Shown here one piece after another: positions 20,480 to 29,716 of a stretch of 64,000 nt of DNA (position 1 is its first letter; every line of letters starts with the position of its first letter). The DNA comes from Bacteroidota bacterium (GTDB lineage: Bacteria; Bacteroidota; Bacteroidia; B-17B0; Aurantibacillaceae): the NCBI GenBank assembly GCA_018267475.1, contig JAFDYI010000031.1, forward strand, positions 50,261-114,260. The letters are read 5' to 3'. The notes under the pieces are model-generated. The model saw only the letters and a program-made list of their open reading frames with translations. It was not told the DNA's origin and made no database searches. The position numbers were made by a program, and so were the translations under genes.

Positions 20480-20495
20480 CACTTTCGCTTTTTCT

Positions 20496-21929
20496 ATGAA
20501 CAGAACAAAAATAAAAGCTGTTTTAGACAGCCCACAACAAAACTACCAAGCCTGCGTAAAAGGCTGGGTACGCACGTTTCGCAACAATCAGTTCATTGCG
20601 CTTAATGACGGCTCTACCATAAACAACCTGCAATTAGTGGTAGATTTTAACAACACCCCCGAAGAAACTCTTAAACGCATTACCACCGGAGCCTGCATCA
20701 GCGCTACCGGAGAGGTTATTGCCTCTTTAGGCAAAGGACAAAAATACGAACTAAAAGTTTCTTCATTGGAAATTTTAGGCGATAGCGATGCCGAAAAATA
20801 CCCGCTTCAACCCAAAAAACACAGTTTAGAATTTCTGCGAGAAATAGCCCACTTACGCTTTCGTACCAGCACCTTTAGTGCCGTATTTAGAGTGCGCAAC
20901 ACCTTAGCAAATGCCGTTCACCAATTTTTTCAACAAAGAGGCTTTGTATGGGTGCACACCCCTATCATTACCGCCAGCGATGCCGAAGGAGCCGGACAAA
21001 TGTTTAGAGTAACTACTCTTGATTTAAACAACCTTCCTAAAAATGAAGAGGGAGCTATAGATTACACACAAGATTTTTTTGGAAAAAGCACCAACCTTAC
21101 CGTATCCGGGCAGTTAGAGGGCGAGTTGGCTGCCACTGCATTGGGCGATATATACACCTTTGGACCTACTTTCCGCGCCGAAAACTCAAATACGACACGC
21201 CACCTGGCCGAGTTTTGGATGATAGAGCCCGAAATGGCTTTTTATGACCTGAATGATAACATGAATCTGGCAGAAGAAATGCTGCAATATGTAATAAAAG
21301 AAGCCTTAGAAAATTGTGCGGACGATATTGCTTTTTTAAGCGAACGCCTTGCAGAAGAAGAAAAACAAAAACCCCAACAAGAGCGCAGCGAAATGAATCT
21401 GTTAGAGAAATTAAAATTTTGTACAGAAAACCATTTTGAGCGCATCACATACACCCAAGCTATTGATATTTTACGAGAAAGCAATCACAACAAAAAGAAA
21501 AAATTCACCTATCTAATTGATAAATGGGGCGTGGATTTACAAAGCGAACACGAACGCTATTTAGTAGAAAAACATTTTAAAAAACCCGTTATCCTTACCG
21601 ATTACCCTAAAGAGATCAAAGCCTTTTATATGCGCCAAAATGAAGACGAAAAAACAGTTCGCGCTATGGACGTATTGTTTCCCGGTATAGGCGAAATTAT
21701 TGGGGGCTCGCAACGCGAAGAACGCTACTCTAAATTACTGCAACGCATGGAAGAAATGCATATACCTGCTCATGAAATGAGCTGGTACTTAGATACCCGA
21801 AGGTTTGGTTCGTGCCCGCACGCCGGCTTTGGCTTAGGGTTTGAGCGCTTAGTACTGTTTGTTACCGGTATGACCAACATACGCGACGTGATACCCTTTG
21901 CCCGCACACCAAAGAACTGCGAATTTTAA
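20496..21929 (+). CDS. asnS: Asparagine--tRNA ligase
   Basis: [82 protein letters not shown]. Confidence 0.97.
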   Translation: MNRTKIKAVLDSPQQNYQACVKGWVRTFRNNQFIALNDGSTINNLQLVVDFNNTPEETLKRITTGACISATGEVIASLGKGQKYELKVSSLEILGDSDAEKYPLQPKKHSLEFLREIAHLRFRTSTFSAVFRVRNTLANAVHQFFQQRGFVWVHTPIITASDAEGAGQMFRVTTLDLNNLPKNEEGAIDYTQDFFGKSTNLTVSGQLEGELAATALGDIYTFGPTFRAENSNTTRHLAEFWMIEPEMAFYDLNDNMNLAEEMLQYVIKEALENCADDIAFLSERLAEEEKQKPQQERSEMNLLEKLKFCTENHFERITYTQAIDILRESNHNKKKKFTYLIDKWGVDLQSEHERYLVEKHFKKPVILTDYPKEIKAFYMRQNEDEKTVRAMDVLFPGIGEIIGGSQREERYSKLLQRMEEMHIPAHEMSWYLDTRRFGSCPHAGFGLGFERLVLFVTGMTNIRDVIPFARTPKNCEF

Positions 21930-21967
21930 TTAAAAAAAGAGCCTGCATCTTCTTGCAAAAAAGAGTG

Positions 21968-21997
21968 TTTGTATTTTATACACTTAGCTTATCTTTG
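21968..21997 (+). promoter_or_regulatory. Bacteroidota sigmaA promoter (-33 TTTG / -7 TATCTTTG) for mgtE
   Basis: TTTG 21968..21971, 18-nt spacer, TATCTTTG 21990..21997, 8 nt before the ATG. Confidence 0.6.
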
Positions 21998-22005
21998 CAC
22001 CTGTT

Positions 22006-23397
22006 ATGGCACTTGAACTGCATACTGAGTTTATAGATGAGATAAAACACGCTATAGAAAAAAGCGACAACGCTCGCATTCAAGAAATTTTATTCGATTT
22101 ATTTGCTCCTGATATTGCCGATATACTAAACCACCTAAGTTTTGAAGAGGCCGTATATGTGTACGAATTGCTAGATGAAGACACCTCAGCTGCCGTACTG
22201 ATAGAGCTACGCGAAGAGCTGCGTGAAGAGTTGCTGGCCACCTTCTCAAGCAAAGAAATTGCAGAAGAAATAAACAACCTAGCCTCTGATGATGCCGCCG
22301 ACGTAATAAACGAACTGCCCGAAAACCGACAAAGCGAAGTACTTGCACACATAGAAAACATAGAGCAAGCAGGCGATATAGCCGATTTACTCTCTTTTGA
22401 AGAAGGTACTGCCGGATCTCTGATGGCAAAAGAGCTGGTAAGCGCTCGGCAAAAAGATACCGTTACCGCCTGTATTGACGAGATAAGACAGCAAGCCGAC
22501 AACGTAGATATTATGTATGCCACATACGTGATAGACGAAAAAAATCGCTTGGTAGGATTGCTCTCTCTAAAAAAATTATTAATAGCGGCGCCCACTACAC
22601 TAATAGAAGACATTTACGATCAAGACGTTATTCAAGTTACTACCGCTACCCCTACAACTCAAGTAGCCGAACTCATGCAAAAATACGATTTAGTAGTAAT
22701 ACCCGTAGTAGATAGTGTAGGGCGCTTAGTTGGCCGCATTACCATTGATGATGTAGTAGATGTAATACGCGAAGAAGAAACCGATGAGGCACACAAAATG
22801 GCCGGTATAGAAACGTTTGACGAACCCTATATGAGCATGCCTTTTTTAGAAACCATAAAAAAACGAGCCGGTTGGTTGGTTATTCTTTTCTTAGGCGAAA
22901 CCCTTACTGCTACCGCTATGAGTTTTTTTGAAGACCAATTAGCAAAGGCTGTTATTTTAGCTTTATTCGTGCCTCTTATTATTTCAAGTGGAGGCAACAC
23001 CGGATCGCAAGCTTCTACCCTTATTATTAGAGCTATGGCTTTGGGCGAAATAAGTTTTAGAGATTGGTGGCGTATCTTTAAAAAAGAATTTTTGGTAGGG
23101 CTTACCTTAGGTATATTGCTAGGAGCAGTAGGCTTTTTACGAATTGCGTTATGGTCCACCTTTACTACCATATACGGGCCTCATTGGTTGTTAGTAGGTA
23201 TTACCGTAGCTGCAGCCCTTATGGGTGTAGTACTTTGGGGTAACTTAGCGGGTTCTTTGCTGCCCGTACTGCTAAAACGCGTTAAATTAGACCCCGCTGT
23301 GTGCTCGGCTCCCTTTGTAGCTACTTTGGTAGATGTAACCGGCTTAATCATATACTTTTCTGCGGCTACCGCTATTTTAAAAGGTATTTTGCTGTAA
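22006..23397 (+). CDS. mgtE: Magnesium transporter MgtE
   Basis: MgtE-N acidic domain, CBS pair (TAGSLM, LVGRITIDDVVD), KKRAGWLVILF, PLIISSGGNTGSQA, APFVATLVDVTG. Confidence 0.96.
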   Translation: MALELHTEFIDEIKHAIEKSDNARIQEILFDLFAPDIADILNHLSFEEAVYVYELLDEDTSAAVLIELREELREELLATFSSKEIAEEINNLASDDAADVINELPENRQSEVLAHIENIEQAGDIADLLSFEEGTAGSLMAKELVSARQKDTVTACIDEIRQQADNVDIMYATYVIDEKNRLVGLLSLKKLLIAAPTTLIEDIYDQDVIQVTTATPTTQVAELMQKYDLVVIPVVDSVGRLVGRITIDDVVDVIREEETDEAHKMAGIETFDEPYMSMPFLETIKKRAGWLVILFLGETLTATAMSFFEDQLAKAVILALFVPLIISSGGNTGSQASTLIIRAMALGEISFRDWWRIFKKEFLVGLTLGILLGAVGFLRIALWSTFTTIYGPHWLLVGITVAAALMGVVLWGNLAGSLLPVLLKRVKLDPAVCSAPFVATLVDVTGLIIYFSAATAILKGILL

Positions 23398-23404
23398 ACA
23401 CCAA

Positions 23405-24061
23405 ATGCTGCTTCGCTTTTTAAAATACTCTTTTTTGCTTTTTCTCCTTTTTATTTTAATGCTGTGTTTATGGTTCGTGCCTATCACAAAAAAAATAACG
23501 CAATACGAGTTAGCCGACAACACTAGTTATGACGTAGTCATCATACCCGGCGTACCCTTTATTCCCCCCTCATGGAATGAGGTAATGCAAATGCGTTTAA
23601 TTTGGGCTAAGCACTTATATCAAACAAAAAAAGCCAAGCACTTTATTACCAGTGGCAGCGCCGTATATTCACCGTATGTAGAAGCCAATGTTATGAAAGC
23701 CTATTTAGTGCAAATGGGAGTGCCCGATAGCCTTATTATTATAGAAGATAAAGCCCAACACAGCACCGAAAACGTGTGGTACAGCTATCAAAAAGCAATG
23801 CAAATGGGCTTTAAAACGGTTGCGTTTGCCTCCGATCCGTTTCAAACAAGCGTGCTATATTACTTCGCTAAAAAGCGAGTTCCCTCTATGCGTTTTTTAC
23901 CCGTTTTGTTCGATACATTACAAACTTTAAATCACCACGAGCCCTTTATAAATCAGGATAGTTTGCTTGTTAAAAACTTTGTGGCACTGCCTGAAAAAGA
24001 AAATTGGTTCACTCGTTTTTCGGGCACATTAGGCAAACACATTCCGTATTCAAAGCCATAA
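23405..24061 (+). CDS. YdcF/DUF218 (SanA/ElyC-like) membrane-anchored protein
   Basis: N-terminal TM; DVVIIPG, FITSGS, EANVMKAYLVQMGVP, EDKAQHSTEN. Confidence 0.85.
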   Translation: MLLRFLKYSFLLFLLFILMLCLWFVPITKKITQYELADNTSYDVVIIPGVPFIPPSWNEVMQMRLIWAKHLYQTKKAKHFITSGSAVYSPYVEANVMKAYLVQMGVPDSLIIIEDKAQHSTENVWYSYQKAMQMGFKTVAFASDPFQTSVLYYFAKKRVPSMRFLPVLFDTLQTLNHHEPFINQDSLLVKNFVALPEKENWFTRFSGTLGKHIPYSKP

Positions 24062-24105
24062 AAATAAAGATGCTTTTTTCGGCATTAAAGTCTAATACAA
24101 ATTAG

Positions 24106-24113
24106 TACTTTTG
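24106..24113 (+). promoter_or_regulatory. Bacteroidota sigmaA -7 box (TACTTTTG) for gatB
   Basis: TAnnTTTG 12 nt upstream of ATG 24126; overlaps the ORF-track start at 24111, supporting the later start. Confidence 0.6.
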
Positions 24114-24125
24114 CACTATATTATT

Positions 24126-25580
24126 ATGAGCATTTACAATAAATACGAAGCCGTTATAGGCTTAGAAATTCACATACAATTGCTTACTAAAAGTAAAATG
24201 TATAGCAGCGATAGTGCCGAGTACGGAGGCTTGCCCAACACCCACGTAAGCGTAACCAGCCTGGGGCATCCGGGTACATTGCCTATGGTAAACAAACAAG
24301 CTATTGAATTTGCCGTAAAATTAGGGTTAGCCGTACATGCTACCATTCGATACGAAAATCAATTTGCCCGAAAAAACTATTTCTATGCCGATTTACCCAA
24401 AGGATATCAAATAACACAAGACAAAACGCCCATTTGCAACGGCGGATACATTACTATAAAACAAAAAGACGGAACTGAAAAAAACATCAATATTACCCGT
24501 ATTCACATGGAGGAAGATGCCGGAAAAAGCCTTCACGACCAAGATGTATATGATACTTTAGTAGATTTAAACCGTGCCGGTGTGCCCCTTCTTGAAATGG
24601 TATCGGAACCTGAAATAAAAAACGGAGAAGAAGCCTACGCCTATCTTACCGAAGTACGTAAATTGGTGCGCTACTTAGATATATGCGACGGAAATATGGA
24701 AGAAGGCTCTATGCGCTGCGATGCCAACGTTTCTGTACGACTAAAAGGTGCTACAGAATTTGGAAAAAAAGTAGAAGTAAAAAACATGAACTCCATACGC
24801 AACGTACAGCGTGCTATTGATTATGAATTTACTCGTCAAATAGATTTGATAGAAGCCGGAGAGAACATTGCCGGAGAAACCCGCAGCTTTGACGCCGTAA
24901 AAGGAAGCACCTTTAGCTTGCGCAGCAAAGAAAATGCCAACGATTATCGTTATTTTCCGGAGCCGGACTTACAACCCGTATATGTAACCGAAGCTTGCAT
25001 TAACGAAGTAAGAAAGCAACTCCCCGAACTCCCCAACCACTTATACAAACGTTACATCAGAGATTTTAAACTGTCTGACTACGATGCCGGCGTAATTACC
25101 GACACAAAGGCTATTGCCCACTACTTTAACGAACTTACCTCGCACACCGATAACTATAAAGCAGCTGCTAATTGGTTAATGGTGAATATAAAAGGATTTT
25201 TAAACGAAAACGCATTAGATATAGAACGTTTTCCGGTAAAACCCAAACAAATAGCCGACCTAATTGCTGTAATTGATGAAGGAAAGATAAGCCATTCGGT
25301 AGCTTCTCAAAAAGTATTTCCTCATTTAATAAAAGAGCCGCAAAAATCAGCCCTACAAATAGCACAAGAACTTAATTTAATACAAGAAAGCAGCGCCGAT
25401 GCCCTACAAGATTGGATAAACCAAGCCCTAGCCAAATACCCTGAAAAGATAACAGAATATAAAGGGGGGAAAAAAAACTTGGTAGGCTTATTTATGGGGG
25501 AAGTAATGAAATTAAGCGGGGGTAAGGCAGACCCCAAAACAGCCAGTAAGTTAGTGCAAGAAACGCTTGATAAGAAATAA
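24126..25580 (+). CDS. gatB: Asp/Glu-tRNA amidotransferase subunit B
   Basis: YEAVIGLEIHIQL, GHPGTLP, RKNYFYADLPKGYQITQ, RIHMEEDAGK, DLNRAGVPLLE, EEGSMRCDAN, YRYFPEPDL. Confidence 0.97.
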   Translation: MSIYNKYEAVIGLEIHIQLLTKSKMYSSDSAEYGGLPNTHVSVTSLGHPGTLPMVNKQAIEFAVKLGLAVHATIRYENQFARKNYFYADLPKGYQITQDKTPICNGGYITIKQKDGTEKNINITRIHMEEDAGKSLHDQDVYDTLVDLNRAGVPLLEMVSEPEIKNGEEAYAYLTEVRKLVRYLDICDGNMEEGSMRCDANVSVRLKGATEFGKKVEVKNMNSIRNVQRAIDYEFTRQIDLIEAGENIAGETRSFDAVKGSTFSLRSKENANDYRYFPEPDLQPVYVTEACINEVRKQLPELPNHLYKRYIRDFKLSDYDAGVITDTKAIAHYFNELTSHTDNYKAAANWLMVNIKGFLNENALDIERFPVKPKQIADLIAVIDEGKISHSVASQKVFPHLIKEPQKSALQIAQELNLIQESSADALQDWINQALAKYPEKITEYKGGKKNLVGLFMGEVMKLSGGKADPKTASKLVQETLDKK

Positions 25581-25644
25581 TATTGCTTCAAAATTCAAAA
25601 AAACGTATCTTTACTTGATACAAAAAACTTAGACTCGTTTTTAT

Positions 25645-26442
25645 ATGCCTAACAAGTTGTGGTTTAGTTTATACACTAATAAAAAATACAGAGGCCATGA
25701 AAAACCCTATGTAGATGTAAGCGCTATTACCGGCATAAAAGAGTTAGAACAAAACGACCACCTCCTTCTTTCTGAATTAAACACCTATCTAAAAAAGCAA
25801 ACACTACATAGCCATTTCAACACCATGATGGTTGAAAAACCGGAAGTGTGGAAAGTGCAGGGCCTGCGTGGGTGGGGGCTTGAGCGCTATGAGAAGCAAA
25901 TATATTTTCCTGAAACCATGAGGCTTTTAAATGCTATTCCTAATGTAACATCCATCAGCATCAACCTAATAGAGCCGCACTCAAAAGTAAAGCCACACAG
26001 CGGCGATACGAATGCTATTATTCGTTGTCATTTAGGGCTAAAAATACCACCTGATTGCGGGCTTAGGGTAAATGAGGAAACAACCACTTGGCAAGAAGGA
26101 AAGGTTTTAGGATTTATAGATGCTTTTGAGCACGAAGCGTGGAACAATAGCGGCGAAACCCGTATCATTATACTTTTTGATATACTAAAACCCGAATACC
26201 TTCGTAAAAAACGTTGGATTTGCGCCACGGTAAGAACGGCATTTTTTATTCAACGTTTAGGTAATTTTTTTCCCGGTTTATACAAAATAGAGCGAGGCTT
26301 TTTAAAAATAGTAGCGTTACCCTTTATTTTATTTTTACTTATAAAAATACCTATACGCAACAAAGCCTATCAAATACGGCATAAAAAAAACCTAGTCAAA
26401 AGCCATAAGACTATTAACATCGGGCGTTTGAAAAAGAGATAA
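25645..26442 (+). CDS. Aspartyl/asparaginyl beta-hydroxylase-family Fe(II)/2OG dioxygenase (LpxO-like)
   Basis: 'PHSGD' (HxD-like), 'IRCHLGL', 'WQEGK', 'FDD-like FIDAFEHEAWN', 'RIIILFD'; C-terminal hydrophobic segment. Confidence 0.85.
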   Translation: MPNKLWFSLYTNKKYRGHEKPYVDVSAITGIKELEQNDHLLLSELNTYLKKQTLHSHFNTMMVEKPEVWKVQGLRGWGLERYEKQIYFPETMRLLNAIPNVTSISINLIEPHSKVKPHSGDTNAIIRCHLGLKIPPDCGLRVNEETTTWQEGKVLGFIDAFEHEAWNNSGETRIIILFDILKPEYLRKKRWICATVRTAFFIQRLGNFFPGLYKIERGFLKIVALPFILFLLIKIPIRNKAYQIRHKKNLVKSHKTINIGRLKKR

Positions 26443-26490
26443 AATATCTTTATTTTTAATCTATAAAGCACGTAAACTTGTATATTGTTT

Positions 26491-27054
26491 ATGAGTCGTA
26501 ACGAATTAATACAAGCCTGTTTAAGAAACGATAAAGAATCTCGGCACCGCTTATTAGAAGATCGTTATGGTTTTTTATTAGGTTTAAGCAGGCGTTATAC
26601 CAAAAACAATGCGCAAGCCGAAACCTTTTTACATGAGGCTTTAAAAAATTTATTTAAACACTTGCCCGAGTATCAAGATCATGAAGATTTAGAAGAATGG
26701 ATAAAAAAAGTGGTTATAAAAAGTTTAATTACACAATTAAAAAACATTAGAACAGATTACTACATTACCACCACCATTCGCATAGATGATAAAAAAGAAC
26801 CGTTGGATTTATTTCATCAAGCGGAAGAACAATGCCCTAATCAGTTAAAAGCAGAGGAATACGTTCGAGTGTTACAACGCATGCCGGCCTCTTTTAGGGC
26901 TATATACAATTTAATAGTAATAGATAAATTAAGTATGCAAGAGGCGGCTTCCTTTTTAGAAATAAGCGAAGATTCAGCAAAAAACAGCATAGAGCGCGCT
27001 CGATTTGAGTTTCTTAAAAATATAAAATTACACCAACAGGGCTATCATGGCTGA
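26491..27054 (+). CDS. ECF (sigma-70 family) RNA polymerase sigma factor, divergent
   Basis: ELIQACLRND, RRYTKNNAQAE, EEWIKKVVI, region 4 'RMPASFRAIYNLIVIDKLSMQEAASFLEISEDSAKNSIERAR'. Confidence 0.8.
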   Translation: MSRNELIQACLRNDKESRHRLLEDRYGFLLGLSRRYTKNNAQAETFLHEALKNLFKHLPEYQDHEDLEEWIKKVVIKSLITQLKNIRTDYYITTTIRIDDKKEPLDLFHQAEEQCPNQLKAEEYVRVLQRMPASFRAIYNLIVIDKLSMQEAASFLEISEDSAKNSIERARFEFLKNIKLHQQGYHG

Positions 27055-27721
27055 AAATAAATATCCTATAAACGAAGATGATTTGCGTGAAAAATTTTTA
27101 ACGTATAGCGTACCTTTTGATATTAGCCAGGTAACTCATTTAGAAAATGAAATTGATCAAATACGCACTCATGCCCCTATTGATTTACCCAGTAAAAAGA
27201 AACTGCTTCTTGTTTTTCTCACTCTTGTTGGCGCCTGTGTAGTGGGTGGTATTTTATTTTTAATGTTACAAAAAACACCTGAAGACACCCCTAAAAAAAA
27301 CGATACCTCGGTAAAAGTAACAGAAACAAAGCCTCCTATAGAAAACCTTACGCCACCTGCCCCTCAAACCAAAACCATCGTAGTTGATACTATAAAGCCC
27401 GAAGCAAAAAAAGCAGACAGCGCGACTATTCCTACCAAAATAATAGAAAAAAAGACAGTAGAAGGAAAAAGCAATAAAAAAGTAGAACAAAAAAACAATG
27501 TATTAAAAAACAACAATCGCGATACGACCGCTAAATCTAAACCGCTTTCCGACACTGCGAATAAAATAATAAAACAAAGTGCCGATTCAGCAAAAAACAC
27601 AGAGGCTACTCCTTCAAAAAAGAAAAAGAGAAAACGGAAAAACATATTAGACGCTACACAAGAAATTAGAGACGCAGCCCCTAACAGCGCCGATGATGAC
27701 GTAGTGGTACCCAACAATTAA
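27047..27721 (+). CDS. Single-TM protein, putative anti-sigma-like partner
   Basis: 8-nt overlap with the ECF gene; short acidic N-terminus, TM (LLLVFLTLVGACVVGGILFLML), K/T/D-rich low-complexity C-terminus. Confidence 0.55.
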   Translation: MAENKYPINEDDLREKFLTYSVPFDISQVTHLENEIDQIRTHAPIDLPSKKKLLLVFLTLVGACVVGGILFLMLQKTPEDTPKKNDTSVKVTETKPPIENLTPPAPQTKTIVVDTIKPEAKKADSATIPTKIIEKKTVEGKSNKKVEQKNNVLKNNNRDTTAKSKPLSDTANKIIKQSADSAKNTEATPSKKKKRKRKNILDATQEIRDAAPNSADDDVVVPNN

Positions 27722-27729
27722 ATTCTTTT

Positions 27730-29082
27730 TTAGAAAGCGTGCCCTAAGGAAAAGAAAAACTGATGATCTTCTTTTGAAAAGGCATAATCAAATCGCAAAA
27801 TGGTGTTTACATTCCACGCTATGCGCAAACCTCCTCCTTCAGAATACCGTATATTTTCTAAATGATTAAGCCTGCTAAAGCTGTTCCATACGCCTCCTAC
27901 ATCAAAAAAAGGAACTGCACTAAAGGCTAAATGTTGTTTTAAAATTTTACATTGAGCAAAACGCCAACGCAGTTCAAAGTTGGTAAACTCCATTACACGT
28001 GCTAAAAACCGACTTTGCTTGTACCCTCGCAAGGTAGTACCGCCTCCTAAACCTTCAATACTGCCTTCGCTCGTCCATTGATCTTGGTATTCATAAAAGG
28101 GTGCGTTGCCATCGGTATATCCTATTCCAATACGACCTGCAAAGGTGAGCCGCTTTATATACTTGGGCAATACGGGCACATAAGCATTAAAATGAAAAAA
28201 AGTTTTGTTACAGTTGTATTGCGAGCCCAGTGCAGTTAATGAAAGTTCGTTTGTTAGTTCTGAAAAAATGCCTTTACTCGGATTGGTTTCTAAGTCGCGT
28301 GTATCATATATAAAACCCGTTTGCACAAAAGTAACCACGTTTTGTCCGAAGCCCACTATTTTTTTTGCTACATAATCTTCGTGTAATAAAGAGCTATCGG
28401 GGTTAAGAGGGGTAGAAAAATCAACCCAGGCCGCCTCGTAAGCTAACAAGGCACGCAAACGCCCTTCATAAAAAGAACGCTCCAGTTTGATGTTCACAAC
28501 GGCTTCTTTTTTCAAATACGTATTGTAATCTTTTTTTCCGCCTACTAAATTTTTATCGTAATTGCTATACGTTGCGTCGGTTACTAAGCCGTTAGCCGGA
28601 TTGTTGTTTGGGTAATAGCTCAAGGGTTTTAAAGAATTTTCATCAATACCAAAATACAGCAAATTGGGGTTTACCTCGTAAGACACCTCACCGCCCAAGC
28701 GCCATTTTGTATTAAAAATATAGGGAATATCAAAACCTAATTTTATTTCTCGTTGCAGCTTTGTGGTGAGAAATACAGCTAGATTTATCTCGGCTCTGTA
28801 TGGCGTGTATTCAAAAAAGGGATCGCTTTTTTTTCCGTTAAAAAACAAAGAACCTTCTGCCCCTGCGCCAAATCCGTTTATTGGATCGGAGCTTAAATCC
28901 GGTACACCGGTTGCATACATACCTTCTTTTTTCTCAGCCAGTTCGTCATCGGGCAGGCGTTTTTCTTTAGCTATTGCAAAAGGCAATTTTTTTCCAGTAC
29001 TATCTGGTGTTGTTATTTGTGCTTGCATATAAGATAGGCACAGCACATACGCTATTGTTGTTTTAAAAAGTGTGTTTTTCAT
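27730..29082 (-). CDS. Omp85/BamA-superfamily outer-membrane barrel without POTRA domains (DUF5982-like)
   Basis: Signal peptide; 'GVPDLSSDPINGFGAG', 'YDTRDLETNPSKG', 'LRGYKQSRF' (VRGY-like lid motif), 'PFFDVGGVW', 'GGGLRIAW', 'LRFDYA', terminal ...FSLGHAF. Confidence 0.85.
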   Translation of the reverse strand: MKNTLFKTTIAYVLCLSYMQAQITTPDSTGKKLPFAIAKEKRLPDDELAEKKEGMYATGVPDLSSDPINGFGAGAEGSLFFNGKKSDPFFEYTPYRAEINLAVFLTTKLQREIKLGFDIPYIFNTKWRLGGEVSYEVNPNLLYFGIDENSLKPLSYYPNNNPANGLVTDATYSNYDKNLVGGKKDYNTYLKKEAVVNIKLERSFYEGRLRALLAYEAAWVDFSTPLNPDSSLLHEDYVAKKIVGFGQNVVTFVQTGFIYDTRDLETNPSKGIFSELTNELSLTALGSQYNCNKTFFHFNAYVPVLPKYIKRLTFAGRIGIGYTDGNAPFYEYQDQWTSEGSIEGLGGGTTLRGYKQSRFLARVMEFTNFELRWRFAQCKILKQHLAFSAVPFFDVGGVWNSFSRLNHLENIRYSEGGGLRIAWNVNTILRFDYAFSKEDHQFFFSLGHAF

Positions 29083-29106
29083 AAATTAAATGTGAATCAT
29101 AAAATA

Positions 29107-29146
29107 TACTCGCAGCCCGTCTTGTCTATTAGACGGGCTACGAGTA
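29107..29146 (-). terminator. Long intergenic stem-loop between the PepSY-like and Omp85 genes
   Basis: TACTCG-C-AGCCCGTCT / loop 8 nt / AGACGGGCT-A-CGAGTA (15 bp plus one mismatch); only a weak U tract (TATATTTT) follows on the minus strand. Confidence 0.55.
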
Positions 29147-29165
29147 CGTGAAGTTTTAAAAGAGC

Positions 29166-29606
29166 TTATTTCCCAATTTCTCTTTTCAAAAGTTTACCAT
29201 CGGTAGAAAACTGTGCTTCTATTTTTTGCTTGTTTGATTTTATTTCAAACTCATACAGTTCTACGTGGTTAGGCCTGCTTACTTTTTCAGCCTCATCTAT
29301 TTTGGCTGTTCCAAACTCTTTTTCAAGCGCTTGTTTTACGGCAGCAGGTACCTCGTTCATACTTATTTCCTCCTCGGTTTCAAGCCACTCAGCATCGGCA
29401 CTGTATTTAGCCGATAGCTCTTTTTTATCTTGATGAAAATTTACTTCGTAATTTTTTTCATCTAATTCCCACTGCACTTTTTCTGCTTTTGAGAATTGTT
29501 TTTTAAAGTTAGTGTTGATGGCCGCAGGAACTTTTTCCGCGGTTATTTTTTGTGCAGACGCATAACTTACACAGGCTACGCAAAGCACGGTTGCTAATGC
29601 TTTCAT
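29166..29606 (-). CDS. Periplasmic PepSY-like (DUF2874/BLIP-like) protein
   Basis: Signal peptide; two repeats 'VPAAINTNFKKQF...WE...YEVNF...AKYSADAEWLETE' and 'VPAAVKQALEKEF...YEFEI...AQFSTDGKLL'. Confidence 0.85.
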   Translation of the reverse strand: MKALATVLCVACVSYASAQKITAEKVPAAINTNFKKQFSKAEKVQWELDEKNYEVNFHQDKKELSAKYSADAEWLETEEEISMNEVPAAVKQALEKEFGTAKIDEAEKVSRPNHVELYEFEIKSNKQKIEAQFSTDGKLLKREIGK

Positions 29607-29618
29607 GATTATTTTTTT

Positions 29619-29716
29619 TAAATGTTATTAAATTAATTCTGTTTTTTCTAAAAAACAAGAAAACAATCTGTTGCTTTAAGCAATCAGACTATAAATACGG
29701 GAACAAATAACATTTA
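29619..29716 (-). promoter_or_regulatory. Structured intergenic leader: 11-bp closing stem plus two hairpins
   Basis: mRNA arm UAAAUGUUAUU (29716..29706, includes the upstream stop) is the exact complement of AAUAACAUUUA (29629..29619); inner hairpins at 29690..29665 and 29661..29637. Confidence 0.6.

Noticed and set aside
21930-22005. Mg2+ (M-box) riboswitch before mgtE
   Set aside because: The promoter lies 8 nt from the start codon, leaving no room for a riboswitch.
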